Positions 8,506-17,207 of a DNA stretch of 64,000 bases are shown here, piece by piece. The notes below the pieces were generated by a model that was not told the origin of the DNA, did not search any database, and was given only the letters and a program-made list of their open reading frames with translations. The translations under genes and the position numbers were made by a program. Positions within the stretch are counted from its first letter, which is position 1. Every line of letters starts with the position of its first letter. Source of the stretch: an archaeon (lineage in GTDB: Archaea; Iainarchaeota; Iainarchaeia; Iainarchaeales; JAAZKV01); the NCBI GenBank assembly GCA_041664905.1, contig JBAYJX010000003.1, forward strand, positions 537 to 64,536. The letters run 5' to 3'.

Positions 8506-9150
8506 ATGATTGAGTTTTGTTTAATTGTTATGCCAATTTTTAGAAACGAATTAAATCAATCTGTTGCAAGAAGAAATAGGTTGCGCACTACTCTTCTCAC
8601 TCGCGCTGAAAAGATTGGGGGAAGAGTTTTGAGAAGAAAAACTAAAGAATGGTCTACTCGAACTAGTTTTAGAATAATTGATCTTGCGCGTGGTGGGGGA
8701 ATTAGTAAAGCTCTTGAAGAACTTTCTATTGTGCATAAAGGCAGGAAATTAAACATTTTGTATTGGGGTTGCGGTGAGGGCAGGGCAGCAAAAGAACTTG
8801 CAAAAAACCCTAAAAATAATGTTTTTGGTTTCTCAATTGATTCTTCAAAATACTGGGTTCATCCACAAGGGGTAACGTTTATTCAAACAGCAGTAGATGT
8901 TTTACCAATTTTTTTAAGAAAAAAGAAAATTAGTTTGGATTTAATTTTTGCTGAAAATTCGTTAAAATATTTGTCCCCTGAAAAACAAACAACTCACCTT
9001 TGCGAATTAGCAAAATTATTAACTTTGGGGGCAAAAGTTTTTCCTGATCCAGTTTTGTTAAGCCCTACACAAGAAGCCCAACTTAGAAAAGCCGGGTTTG
9101 AACTAAGTAAAGAAAAAAACTATTTAGTTACTTTAACAAAAAATAATTAG
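8506..9150 (+). CDS. class I SAM-dependent methyltransferase-like protein with a basic N-terminal extension
   Basis: Motif I-like 'ILYWGCGEGRAAKEL'. N-terminus 'ARRNRLRTTLLTRAEKIGGRVLRRKTK'. Alternative ATG at 8530. Confidence 0.55.
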   Translation: MIEFCLIVMPIFRNELNQSVARRNRLRTTLLTRAEKIGGRVLRRKTKEWSTRTSFRIIDLARGGGISKALEELSIVHKGRKLNILYWGCGEGRAAKELAKNPKNNVFGFSIDSSKYWVHPQGVTFIQTAVDVLPIFLRKKKISLDLIFAENSLKYLSPEKQTTHLCELAKLLTLGAKVFPDPVLLSPTQEAQLRKAGFELSKEKNYLVTLTKNN

Positions 9151-9198
9151 ATTTGTTCTTTTGAAATAATTAAAAGCCTAATGATGTGAGATTTAGTT

Positions 9199-10311
9199 AT
9201 GTCTTGCTTTGAATTAACTAGTGAGTCGAGTAAATCTCTTGCTCGCACAGGGGTTTTGCATACCGCGCACGGTAAACTCGAAACTCCTTTTTTTATGCCC
9301 GTAGCAACAAAGGGGGCAGTGAAATTTGTTTCTCATCTAGAACTTGAAAGTATGGGTGTTAATTGTTTGATTTCTAATGCTTTTATTAATTATTTAAAAC
9401 CTGGAGTTAATCACATAAAGGAAGCTGGTGGTCTACATAAGTTTTTTGGTTGGAATCATTCTCTTTTTACCGACTCTGGCGGTTTTCAACTTCTTTCAGA
9501 AGATTTTGTTGAGCATGTAACCGATAAAGGAGTTTTTTTTAGAAACCCTTTTGATAAGAGTGTTCATTTAGTTACTCCAGAAATTGCAATTAAGATTGAG
9601 AATGATTTGGGGGCAGATGTTGCAATGTGCTTGGATCACGTTCTTCATTTTGGAAAGAATAGGTTGGATTATTTTGATGCAATGCTTCGTACAACAGAGT
9701 GGGCGTTAAGGTGTAAAGAAGCTCACAATAATTCAAACCAACTTTTGTTTGGAATTACTCAAGGCGGAACTTTTTTAGATTTAAGAAAGAAGTCAACAAT
9801 TGCTTTAGAAAGTATTGGTTTTGATGGTTTGGCGTTTGGTGGTTTGTGTATTGGTGAAGACCCTAAAGCTATGTTTGATATTACAGAATTTTCAAAAAAG
9901 TTTGTTGCAAAAGACCGTCCAATTTATTTGATGGGAGTTGGTTCACCTTTAGAAATTTTGGGTTTAGTTGAGAGAGGAGTAGATATTTTTGATTCAGCAT
10001 ATCCCACAAGAATGGCTCGTCACGGAAAAATATTTACTCGTGGGGGTTGTGTTCAAATTAACAAAAGTAATTACAAAAGTGACTTTTCTTCGCTTGATGA
10101 AAAGTGTGATTGTTTTGTGTGTAAGTCTCACTCAAAATCTTATTTGCATCATTTGTATAAAACATATGAGCAAAATGGTTTAATGTTGTTAAGTTACCAC
10201 AACACTTTTTTTATTGCAAATTTGATTAAGGAAATTAGAGTTGCAATTAAAGAAAATAGATTTGAACAATATAAGAGTGATTTTATTAAGAATTATAAAT
10301 CAAAAAGGTGA
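9199..10311 (+). CDS. tgt: tRNA-guanine transglycosylase, catalytic domain only (no PUA/C-terminal domains)
   Basis: 'LFTDSGGFQL', 'LMGVGSP', and the Zn site 'CDCFVCKSHSKSYLHHL'. Confidence 0.85.
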   Translation: MSCFELTSESSKSLARTGVLHTAHGKLETPFFMPVATKGAVKFVSHLELESMGVNCLISNAFINYLKPGVNHIKEAGGLHKFFGWNHSLFTDSGGFQLLSEDFVEHVTDKGVFFRNPFDKSVHLVTPEIAIKIENDLGADVAMCLDHVLHFGKNRLDYFDAMLRTTEWALRCKEAHNNSNQLLFGITQGGTFLDLRKKSTIALESIGFDGLAFGGLCIGEDPKAMFDITEFSKKFVAKDRPIYLMGVGSPLEILGLVERGVDIFDSAYPTRMARHGKIFTRGGCVQINKSNYKSDFSSLDEKCDCFVCKSHSKSYLHHLYKTYEQNGLMLLSYHNTFFIANLIKEIRVAIKENRFEQYKSDFIKNYKSKR

Positions 10312-10315
10312 AATT

Positions 10316-10858
10316 ATGAAGGAAAATATTTTTGTAATAACTGGCGGTCCAAGTGTTGGTAAAACAGCTTTGCTTAAATCTTTGCGAGACCGGGGACATA
10401 TTTGTTTTGATGAGGTTGCTCGAGCATTTATTGAAGAACAATTGAGTGTTGGCGGAAAAATTGTTCCTTGGATTGATTTGCCTTTGTTTAACAAACATGT
10501 TCTTGATAGACAAATTCAGCAGCACTTGGATGCTGGTAAAGAACTACATTTTTTTGATCGGGGAATTCCGGATGATCTTGGTTATTTGAAATTAGGTAAT
10601 ATTCCAATTTCCCAAGAGTTTCAAAGAGCTGCGGATGAATATAGGTATAATAAAATAGTTTTTTTCCTTGAGCCTTGGAGAGAAATTTATGTTAATGATG
10701 CTGCAAGAAAAGAGCCTTTTGAGGTTGCATTAAAACTTTCTGATTGTTTAAAGCAAGCTTACATTAGCTGTGGTTATGAATTAGTTGTTGTTCCCAAGGT
10801 TTCTGTTAGAGAACGCACTGATTTTGTTTTGAATGAAGTTAAGAAATTAAATTTGTGA
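10316..10858 (+). CDS. AAA_28/NadR-like P-loop ATPase
   Basis: 'IFVITGGPSVGKTALLKSL'. AGGTGA lies 5 nt upstream of the ATG at 10316; the longer tracked ORF overlaps tgt. Confidence 0.6.
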   Translation: MKENIFVITGGPSVGKTALLKSLRDRGHICFDEVARAFIEEQLSVGGKIVPWIDLPLFNKHVLDRQIQQHLDAGKELHFFDRGIPDDLGYLKLGNIPISQEFQRAADEYRYNKIVFFLEPWREIYVNDAARKEPFEVALKLSDCLKQAYISCGYELVVVPKVSVRERTDFVLNEVKKLNL

Positions 10859-10891
10859 GCGAAATTTCTTTCGCCCACAAGAATTAGTATT

Positions 10892-11845
10892 TTATTCGTC
10901 AATATCTTCTATTCCGTTTTCAGTTATTCTATAGAGTGCTTCTCCATCAGGAAGGGATGGTGAATCAACGAGTTTTGCAACTCTTTTGTCTTCTTTACTT
11001 TTTCGCAGATATAATCTTGTTTTGCTTGCATGTCCTACAACATTTCCGCCCACGGGTTCTGTTGGGTCTCCAAATAATATATCTGGTCTTGACATTACTT
11101 GGTTTGTTACAAGTACAGCAACGTTACTCATTTCTGCGAGTTTTTGTAATGTTCGCATGTGTTTGTTTAATTTTTGTTGTCTTTCAGCTAGTGTTCCTCT
11201 TCCAACAAATTCTGATCGGAATTGTGCTGTTAATGAATCAATTATTACTAGTTTAATATTTTTTTCAACTACCATTTCTGCAGCTTTATCAGCAAGTATC
11301 ATTTGGTGTTCTGCATTGTATGCTCTTGCAACATAAATATTTTTTAGTGCTGCATCAACATCTAACCCGAATTTTTTTGCCACTTGTATTACTCTTTCTG
11401 GTCTAAACGAATTTTCTGAATCAATGTAAAGGCATGCCCCTTCTAGTCCTCCTTGTTCTTTTGGTAATTGTACTGTTACTGCTGTTTGGAAGCACCATTG
11501 GGATTTTCCGCTTGCCATTTTTCCGTATACTTCTGTAATGGATTGGGTTTCTATTCCGCCTCCAATTAAATTGTCAAGTTCTTTTGAGCCTGTTGTGAGT
11601 CTTCCGACTAGTTTTCTTTTTTCTGCCAAAACATCCGCTGTTTCAAATCCCATATCAAGGGCATCTCTTGCGGTTTTGATTGCCTTATCGGCAGTTCCGT
11701 CCCCAAGTCCAGCAATTTCTTTTAGTTCGCTAGCGCTTGCAGTTGCTATTTGTTCTAGTGTTTTGTATCCTGCATCAGCTAGTTTTTTTGCTGCCCCTTC
11801 TCCTACTCCTGGTATATCCTCTATTTTCTCTATTTTCTTAGCCAT
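10892..11845 (-). CDS. radA: DNA repair and recombination protein RadA
   Basis: N-terminal HhH 'IEDIPGVGEGAAKKLADAGY'. Walker A 'GKMASGKSQ'. RecA core. GAGGTGA lies upstream of the ATG at 11845. Confidence 0.92.
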   Translation of the reverse strand: MAKKIEKIEDIPGVGEGAAKKLADAGYKTLEQIATASASELKEIAGLGDGTADKAIKTARDALDMGFETADVLAEKRKLVGRLTTGSKELDNLIGGGIETQSITEVYGKMASGKSQWCFQTAVTVQLPKEQGGLEGACLYIDSENSFRPERVIQVAKKFGLDVDAALKNIYVARAYNAEHQMILADKAAEMVVEKNIKLVIIDSLTAQFRSEFVGRGTLAERQQKLNKHMRTLQKLAEMSNVAVLVTNQVMSRPDILFGDPTEPVGGNVVGHASKTRLYLRKSKEDKRVAKLVDSPSLPDGEALYRITENGIEDIDE

Positions 11846-12180
11846 AATTTTCACCTCGTCGTAAAGTGCTTTTTGAGCCTGATTTTTGGCTTTTAATCAA
11901 GTGGCCCGTTGCCTTTTAGACAATTAACTTTCTGTTGCGTTCTTTATAAATGGTTAACCAAGTGTCCTGCCGCCCAAGAATTCCTTTTTAAATTTCAGCG
12001 CAATTAAAAAACATGTCCTATATTTTGTGTAATTAGTATTATTTGTTTATAAATCTATTGAAATATTTTTGTCAGGCGATTTTTTTGTTCACTTTTGATA
12101 GTTATCTTTATTAATCTTTCATGCATCAAGTTGAAAGTAAAAAAAATTATTTCAATTTTTTAGTAAAACTGGTGAGAAAA

Positions 12181-12387
12181 ATGAAAAAATTCGAGAGATA
12201 TATCTATGTAGTACAAAATAAAAATGGGGGAAGTGCTCTGGAAAAAAATTTCCTTAAAGCATTTGACTTTTCATGGTTAGTAAAAGAATTTGATTCTTTG
12301 AACACGTGGGTTGGATTAAATAAATACAAAGTTAGTTTCGCTTTGTTGTCATTTATTTTTGCCTTGTTTTTGTTAAAGGGATTTTAG
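12181..12387 (+). CDS. small hypothetical protein with C-terminal TM segment
   Basis: GGTGAG lies upstream of the ATG at 12181. C-terminus 'FALLSFIFALFLL'. Confidence 0.3.
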   Translation: MKKFERYIYVVQNKNGGSALEKNFLKAFDFSWLVKEFDSLNTWVGLNKYKVSFALLSFIFALFLLKGF

Positions 12388-12397
12388 GGTGTTTTTT

Positions 12398-12502
12398 ATG
12401 CATGAATTTGAAGAATTAATTGTTTGGCTTGATACAGAGACTGCTAAAATTCCAGTTAAATCAAAAATATCTGCGCAAAAGCAGAAAAACTATTTTAATT
12501 AG
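12398..12502 (+). CDS. 34-aa hypothetical ORF (below the ORF-track cutoff)
   Basis: AGGGTG lies 6 nt upstream of the ATG. Sits between two other small Shine-Dalgarno-preceded ORFs. Confidence 0.25.
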   Translation: MHEFEELIVWLDTETAKIPVKSKISAQKQKNYFN

Positions 12503-12512
12503 GTGAAAAAAT

Positions 12513-12833
12513 ATGGTTAAAAAAAAGATTCGCTATGAGAACACGTTCGTGTCGTTTAATGAAAATATTTCAAACAACAAGTCACTTGCATTTTTTGAAT
12601 TGTTTTATTTGTCATTTGTAAATTTTGTTAAAGACACAATATTTATTGCAAAAAAGCAAAGTTTATTTTTAGGGGTATTTTCCTGTTCGGCTTTGTTTTT
12701 GCTTGCTTGGATTATGGACAAAATATTTTATGTTCCTTTTGTTCTTGCGCTTTTGGTTTTTGTTTCTATTATTTGGCGACAGCAAAAGCTTTTGTTAATA
12801 AAAAAAGATTTCGAAGAAAATGGGATTTTTTAA
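12513..12833 (+). CDS. small membrane protein (two predicted TM segments)
   Basis: AGGTGA upstream of the start. Hydrophobic stretches 'LFLGVFSCSALFLLAWI' and 'VPFVLALLVFVSII'. Confidence 0.45.
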   Translation: MVKKKIRYENTFVSFNENISNNKSLAFFELFYLSFVNFVKDTIFIAKKQSLFLGVFSCSALFLLAWIMDKIFYVPFVLALLVFVSIIWRQQKLLLIKKDFEENGIF

Positions 12834-12840
12834 GAATTCT

Positions 12841-14337
12841 TTAAAGTTCTTTTTCATATTGATCCGGTAATTGTGCACCAATTAAAGGATTTATTTGTTT
12901 TACTTCTTCGCATAGTTTGTGTACGTATTCTCTGTATGAGTAGTGTGCAGCTCTACTTGTTCGTGTTTTTGCAACATGGTGGAGTTCTTTTGCATTGAGT
13001 GTGTATAATACTTTGTAATTTGTTGCTAGTGGTAGTAGGTATTGTGCAATTTCTCGTGATACTCCTTGGTTAATTAGTTCAACCCAAACACTAAATGCTT
13101 TTTTTAGTGCATTAGTATATTCTTTTTTTGCTTCTTCATTCAAGTAATAAGGAATAGCATATCCATATTCAGGGCTTACTTCTGTATCTATCCAAGTAAG
13201 CATTCTGTTTCTATGCAAATCTCTTCCTGCCCCAAAATCAACCAGTGTTTCAAACCAGTAGTAAGCGTTTTCTGCGGCTCTGTGTGGTTTTTTTTCGATT
13301 GTATTGTAGGAAAATATTTTTTTAACAAGTTCTTTTTTTTGTTCGGGGGTAATTTCTTTTCCCCTTAAAAAAACTTTTCCTTTAACATAACTTGTGTCAA
13401 ATCCTTCTTTTGTTAGGTATTCGTAGCAAATAAGTTCTTCGGCATTCTGGGTTGTATTTATTGTTTTTATTGTTGGTTGTATATTCTCAAAAGTATGTTC
13501 TTCAATACTTATTTTTTCATTACTTTGATTTTGTTTTATTGGATTTATTGTAATCTCTTTATTTGTGTGTTCAATTCTAGTTTCATCCGCCACACAGTAT
13601 TCTTTTGCAAGTAGTGATGGATATTCTTTTGTTAGTGCTTCTTGCATTCGGTCTGCAATTTCATTAAGTTCATTATTTTTTATTGATTTTAAATCATGTA
13701 TTAGTGCTCGGAATTGTTGTGAGTTTGTACTTATTGCAAAATTAGTCATTGTGCTTGCAGGTAAAAGGTATCTTGCACCATCAAATGCTTTTTTCTTAAT
13801 GGTTTTTTCATCAGCAGTTATTCCTCGTGCTTTGTAGTTCTCAGTTATGTTGGTTATGAGTAAAGGTAAGACTTTTGAGTAAGTAGAAAAAAGGTAATCA
13901 ACTGCTTGAACATATTTTTCTTTTTGTTTTTCGTTTAGTTCAGCAGGAATATAGTAACTTGGGTTTGAAAAATCTTGGTATCTTGTGCTTCTTTCAAGGT
14001 AAGCAGATAATCTTTTGTTTTCAAAGTATTTGTTTGCTGCAAGTATGCTCACATTTTCAAGCCCAATGCTTGTGTGTGCGTGTTGTTCTATTGAGTGGTG
14101 CCCCCAAGCAATTGTTACTCTTTTGTGAAAATCAGTTACTTTTTGTGTATCTAGTCCTTTTTCATTTAAAATTTCTTTTATTATTTCAGAGAAGGGTTTT
14201 GCACTTTGGCTTAGTCGTCCGATAACCATGCTGTGGGTTTCTCCTTTTGCTTCTCCAGTTATTTTTACATTAAGTTCGTTAGCAATATCTTCAACCAAAT
14301 CATCAATCAGCATTACTTTGGCTTTTGCATTTTCCAT
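12841..14337 (-). CDS. thyX: flavin-dependent thymidylate synthase ThyX, tandem double-domain form
   Basis: First half: 'GHHSIEQHAHTS' and 'NKRLSAYLERSTRY' (a variant of the RHRxxSxxxxSxRY motif). Second half: 'FGAGRDLHRNRM' and 'ELHHVAKTRTSRAAHYSYRE'. At 498 aa it is about twice the usual length. Confidence 0.7.
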   Translation of the reverse strand: MENAKAKVMLIDDLVEDIANELNVKITGEAKGETHSMVIGRLSQSAKPFSEIIKEILNEKGLDTQKVTDFHKRVTIAWGHHSIEQHAHTSIGLENVSILAANKYFENKRLSAYLERSTRYQDFSNPSYYIPAELNEKQKEKYVQAVDYLFSTYSKVLPLLITNITENYKARGITADEKTIKKKAFDGARYLLPASTMTNFAISTNSQQFRALIHDLKSIKNNELNEIADRMQEALTKEYPSLLAKEYCVADETRIEHTNKEITINPIKQNQSNEKISIEEHTFENIQPTIKTINTTQNAEELICYEYLTKEGFDTSYVKGKVFLRGKEITPEQKKELVKKIFSYNTIEKKPHRAAENAYYWFETLVDFGAGRDLHRNRMLTWIDTEVSPEYGYAIPYYLNEEAKKEYTNALKKAFSVWVELINQGVSREIAQYLLPLATNYKVLYTLNAKELHHVAKTRTSRAAHYSYREYVHKLCEEVKQINPLIGAQLPDQYEKEL

Positions 14338-14523
14338 ATAAATTCTTCTTCAAGCTTCTTTTTTTAAACAAATCCTTTTTTTTGCCATTCTTCATATTGG
14401 TTTGTTTGAGATTTATCTAATTGTACAAATAATTCAAAATCAGCAGAGTGTGTTAATGGGTATGAAGCAAATAAACGCTAAGGTTCACTAATATTATTAT
14501 ACTTCTTTAACAGAAATAATTAT

Positions 14524-15492
14524 ATGTTGGTTTTAAAGGGGCCTAAGGCTAGTGCAAAAATTACTGCAAATACGCGTGCTCTTCGTAGAGTTTTTAGAAG
14601 AGTTGGGCTTGAAGAAAGTAGTTTGCCTGCTGTAGCCAAATACTCAAATGCTCCTTTAATCATTTCTCGTTTGCGCGCAATGAAAGCCGCAAAAGTTCCT
14701 CTTACTGGGATTGTTTATAAAGTTACTATGCCTGAAGAAAAATTTCGTGCTCTCTTAGAACGTTTTTCTTTTAAGTATTCTTTTACTTCTGGCCAAAGAA
14801 AATTGTTTGATGTTATGATTTCTAAAGGATTTTCTGAATCTCTTGCTGTTGAATTGTGTTCACCAAGGATGGCCTTGCAAAGCATGTACCTAGAGAAAAT
14901 AGATTTTTTTGAGTCCTTTAAGTTAGATCCAAAAGTTTATGGTGTTGAAAGAATTCCTCCTTCTGCTTATTCGCCTTTATTGAAGTTGCATTTAAGATAT
15001 TTAAAGGCGCGTGCATTAAGGCCAATGTTGACTAAACTTGCTGATGAGCATGCATCAAAAGTTTTGGACGAAAAATTTCCTGGTTGGCGTGAACTTCGTT
15101 CTCTTCAAAGAAAAAAAGGACATCCTGGCGGACGAATACATCCTTCTTCTATATTAAAGAAAGTTCGGGCATTTCTTGCAGCAGATATTGAGCCTACACT
15201 GTATTTATTAGAATATTCGCTTTCTCGTGCGAAAGAAATAAGGCGCGGCCAAGGGATTACTGGTAACTCTGCTCTTCTTAGAAATACGCCTCTGGGGAGA
15301 GGATTTGAAACTAGACTTGAAAAACAAATACGTCGACTAAATAAACAAATTCAAGTGCTTGAAAAAAAGTTTGTTAGTCGTTGGGGCAAGCCTGAAGTTA
15401 TAGAGGCCCATTCTGTCAAGATGAAAGCACTTCGTGAAGAACTTAAAGGGCTTATTATGCAAAAAAGGGAAATTGAGTTACAATCTAAGTAG
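14524..15492 (+). CDS. hypothetical basic protein with C-terminal coiled coil
   Basis: Long ORF with no recognised motif. The C-terminus shows a heptad pattern ('LEKQIRRLNKQIQVLEKKF'). Confidence 0.4.
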   Translation: MLVLKGPKASAKITANTRALRRVFRRVGLEESSLPAVAKYSNAPLIISRLRAMKAAKVPLTGIVYKVTMPEEKFRALLERFSFKYSFTSGQRKLFDVMISKGFSESLAVELCSPRMALQSMYLEKIDFFESFKLDPKVYGVERIPPSAYSPLLKLHLRYLKARALRPMLTKLADEHASKVLDEKFPGWRELRSLQRKKGHPGGRIHPSSILKKVRAFLAADIEPTLYLLEYSLSRAKEIRRGQGITGNSALLRNTPLGRGFETRLEKQIRRLNKQIQVLEKKFVSRWGKPEVIEAHSVKMKALREELKGLIMQKREIELQSK

Positions 15493-15588
15493 TTACTTAA
15501 CTAAGTAATTTTTTTATTTATTTTTTAGTTTTTTAAAACCACAGTTCATTTTATAATTCCTTTACTATTATTTATTTTGGGTTGGAAT

Positions 15589-16827
15589 ATGTTTGATGCA
15601 ATAAAAAAATTTGATCCAGAAATTTATCAGTATATAATGCAAGAGAAAGAGCGTCAAATGGAGGGGATTGAATTAATTCCTTCTGAAAATTTAGTTTCAA
15701 TGGCAGTGTTAGAGGCGTTAGGTTCTTACCCTACAAATAAATATTCTGAAGGTTATCCTGGCCACAGATATTATGGTGGTAATGAAATTATTGATAAAAT
15801 TGAACAATTAGCGATTGATCGTTTAAAGCAATTGTTTGGTGCCGAGCATGCTAATGTTCAACCAAACTCTGGTTCTCCAGCAAATATGGCAATGTATTCG
15901 GCGCTAATGAATGTTGGTGATAAAGCAATGGGGCTTAAGTTAACTGAGGGCGGTCACTTAACTCATGGACATAAAGTAAATTTTTCTGGTAAATTATATA
16001 ATTTTGTTCAGTATGGTGTTTCTAAGGAAAATGAAATGCTTGATTATGATGAAATTAGAAAAAAAGTTTTGGAAGAGAAACCAAAGTTAGTTCTTTCAGG
16101 GTACACCGCGTATCCGCGTTCAATTAATTTTAAAGAATTTAGAAGTATTTGTGATGAGGCCGGTTGTTATTGTGTTGCAGATATTTCTCACATCGGAGGG
16201 TTGTGCGCAGCAGGGGTGCATGAGAATCCTACTCCTTATTTTGATATGGTTACAACTACGACTCACAAAACTCTTCGTGGTCCAAGAAGTGCTGTAATAA
16301 TGTGTAAGAAAGAGTTTGCAGAGAAAGTTGATAAAGCAGTTTTTCCTGGTCTTCAGGGTGGGCCGCACGAACACGTGATTGCAGCTAAAGCAGTTGCATT
16401 CAAAGAGGCGCTCCAGCCAAAGTTTAAGGATTATGCTTCTCAAATAGTAAAGAATGCAAAAAAGTTAGCAGAATCTCTTCAATCGCATGGTTATAGATTA
16501 GTAACAAATGGCACTGATAATCATTTGATTTTAGTTGACGTAAGAAAATCCGGTATTAGTGGAATTGATGCTGAGAGGGCTTTAGAGAAAGCGGGTATTT
16601 ATTGTAACAAGAACACAATTCCTTTTGAAACTGGTTCTCCATGGGACCCTAGTGGAATTAGAATTGGTACTCCTGTGTTAACAACAAGGGGAATGAAAGA
16701 AAGTGATATGGTTGAAGTAGCTAATTTTATGCATTCAGCTCTTCAAAATAGAACAGATGATGCTAAACTTGCTCAAATTAAGTTGAATGTCAAGGATTTT
16801 TGTAAAAATTTTATTTTTTATCCTTAA
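15589..16827 (+). CDS. glyA: serine hydroxymethyltransferase
   Basis: 'ELIPSENLVS', 'YPGHRYYGG', and the PLP-lysine region 'TTTTHKTLRGPR'. Confidence 0.92.
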   Translation: MFDAIKKFDPEIYQYIMQEKERQMEGIELIPSENLVSMAVLEALGSYPTNKYSEGYPGHRYYGGNEIIDKIEQLAIDRLKQLFGAEHANVQPNSGSPANMAMYSALMNVGDKAMGLKLTEGGHLTHGHKVNFSGKLYNFVQYGVSKENEMLDYDEIRKKVLEEKPKLVLSGYTAYPRSINFKEFRSICDEAGCYCVADISHIGGLCAAGVHENPTPYFDMVTTTTHKTLRGPRSAVIMCKKEFAEKVDKAVFPGLQGGPHEHVIAAKAVAFKEALQPKFKDYASQIVKNAKKLAESLQSHGYRLVTNGTDNHLILVDVRKSGISGIDAERALEKAGIYCNKNTIPFETGSPWDPSGIRIGTPVLTTRGMKESDMVEVANFMHSALQNRTDDAKLAQIKLNVKDFCKNFIFYP

Positions 16828-17207
16828 TTTAATTTTTTAGGACTTTTTGTTAAAATTAAGTTTTCTAACTTTTTTAATTTAATTTTTTTTATTTTTTGTT
16901 GGTTTGTTGTTGTTTTTTATAAAAATTTTTTATTTAAAAAATATTTTTTTATAAAATTTCTTTGTATTTTTTATTTAACAATTTTATTTGGGCACAAATA
17001 TTAACTTTTTTAGTCTATTTTGTTTGCTTTTCATACTGCTTTTACCTTTTGTTGGACATTTTTTTGTTTTTACTAATGCGCTTTGGCTTTGTAGAGTTGT
17101 TTTTCCAAAGTAGTTTGTTTTGAGCAGTAAGCTTTTTATAGTAGGATTTCTTCTTATTCTCGGTTGGTTTTTTTAAATTTAATTAAGTTTAATTAAATAA
17201 AAAAATA

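Noticed and set aside
10241-10315. Upstream extension of the AAA_28 ATPase ORF, overlapping tgt by 71 nt.
   Set aside because: The ATG at 10316 is preceded by AGGTGA and begins right at the P-loop domain. The extension is read-through of the tgt 3' end in another frame.
16828-17207. 380-bp extremely AT-rich intergenic region upstream of nrdD, considered as a replication origin.
   Set aside because: I found no ORB-like inverted repeats and no orc1/cdc6 gene nearby. It is more simply a promoter and leader region in an AT-rich genome. I cannot exclude an origin without a GC-skew or Z-curve analysis of the whole contig.
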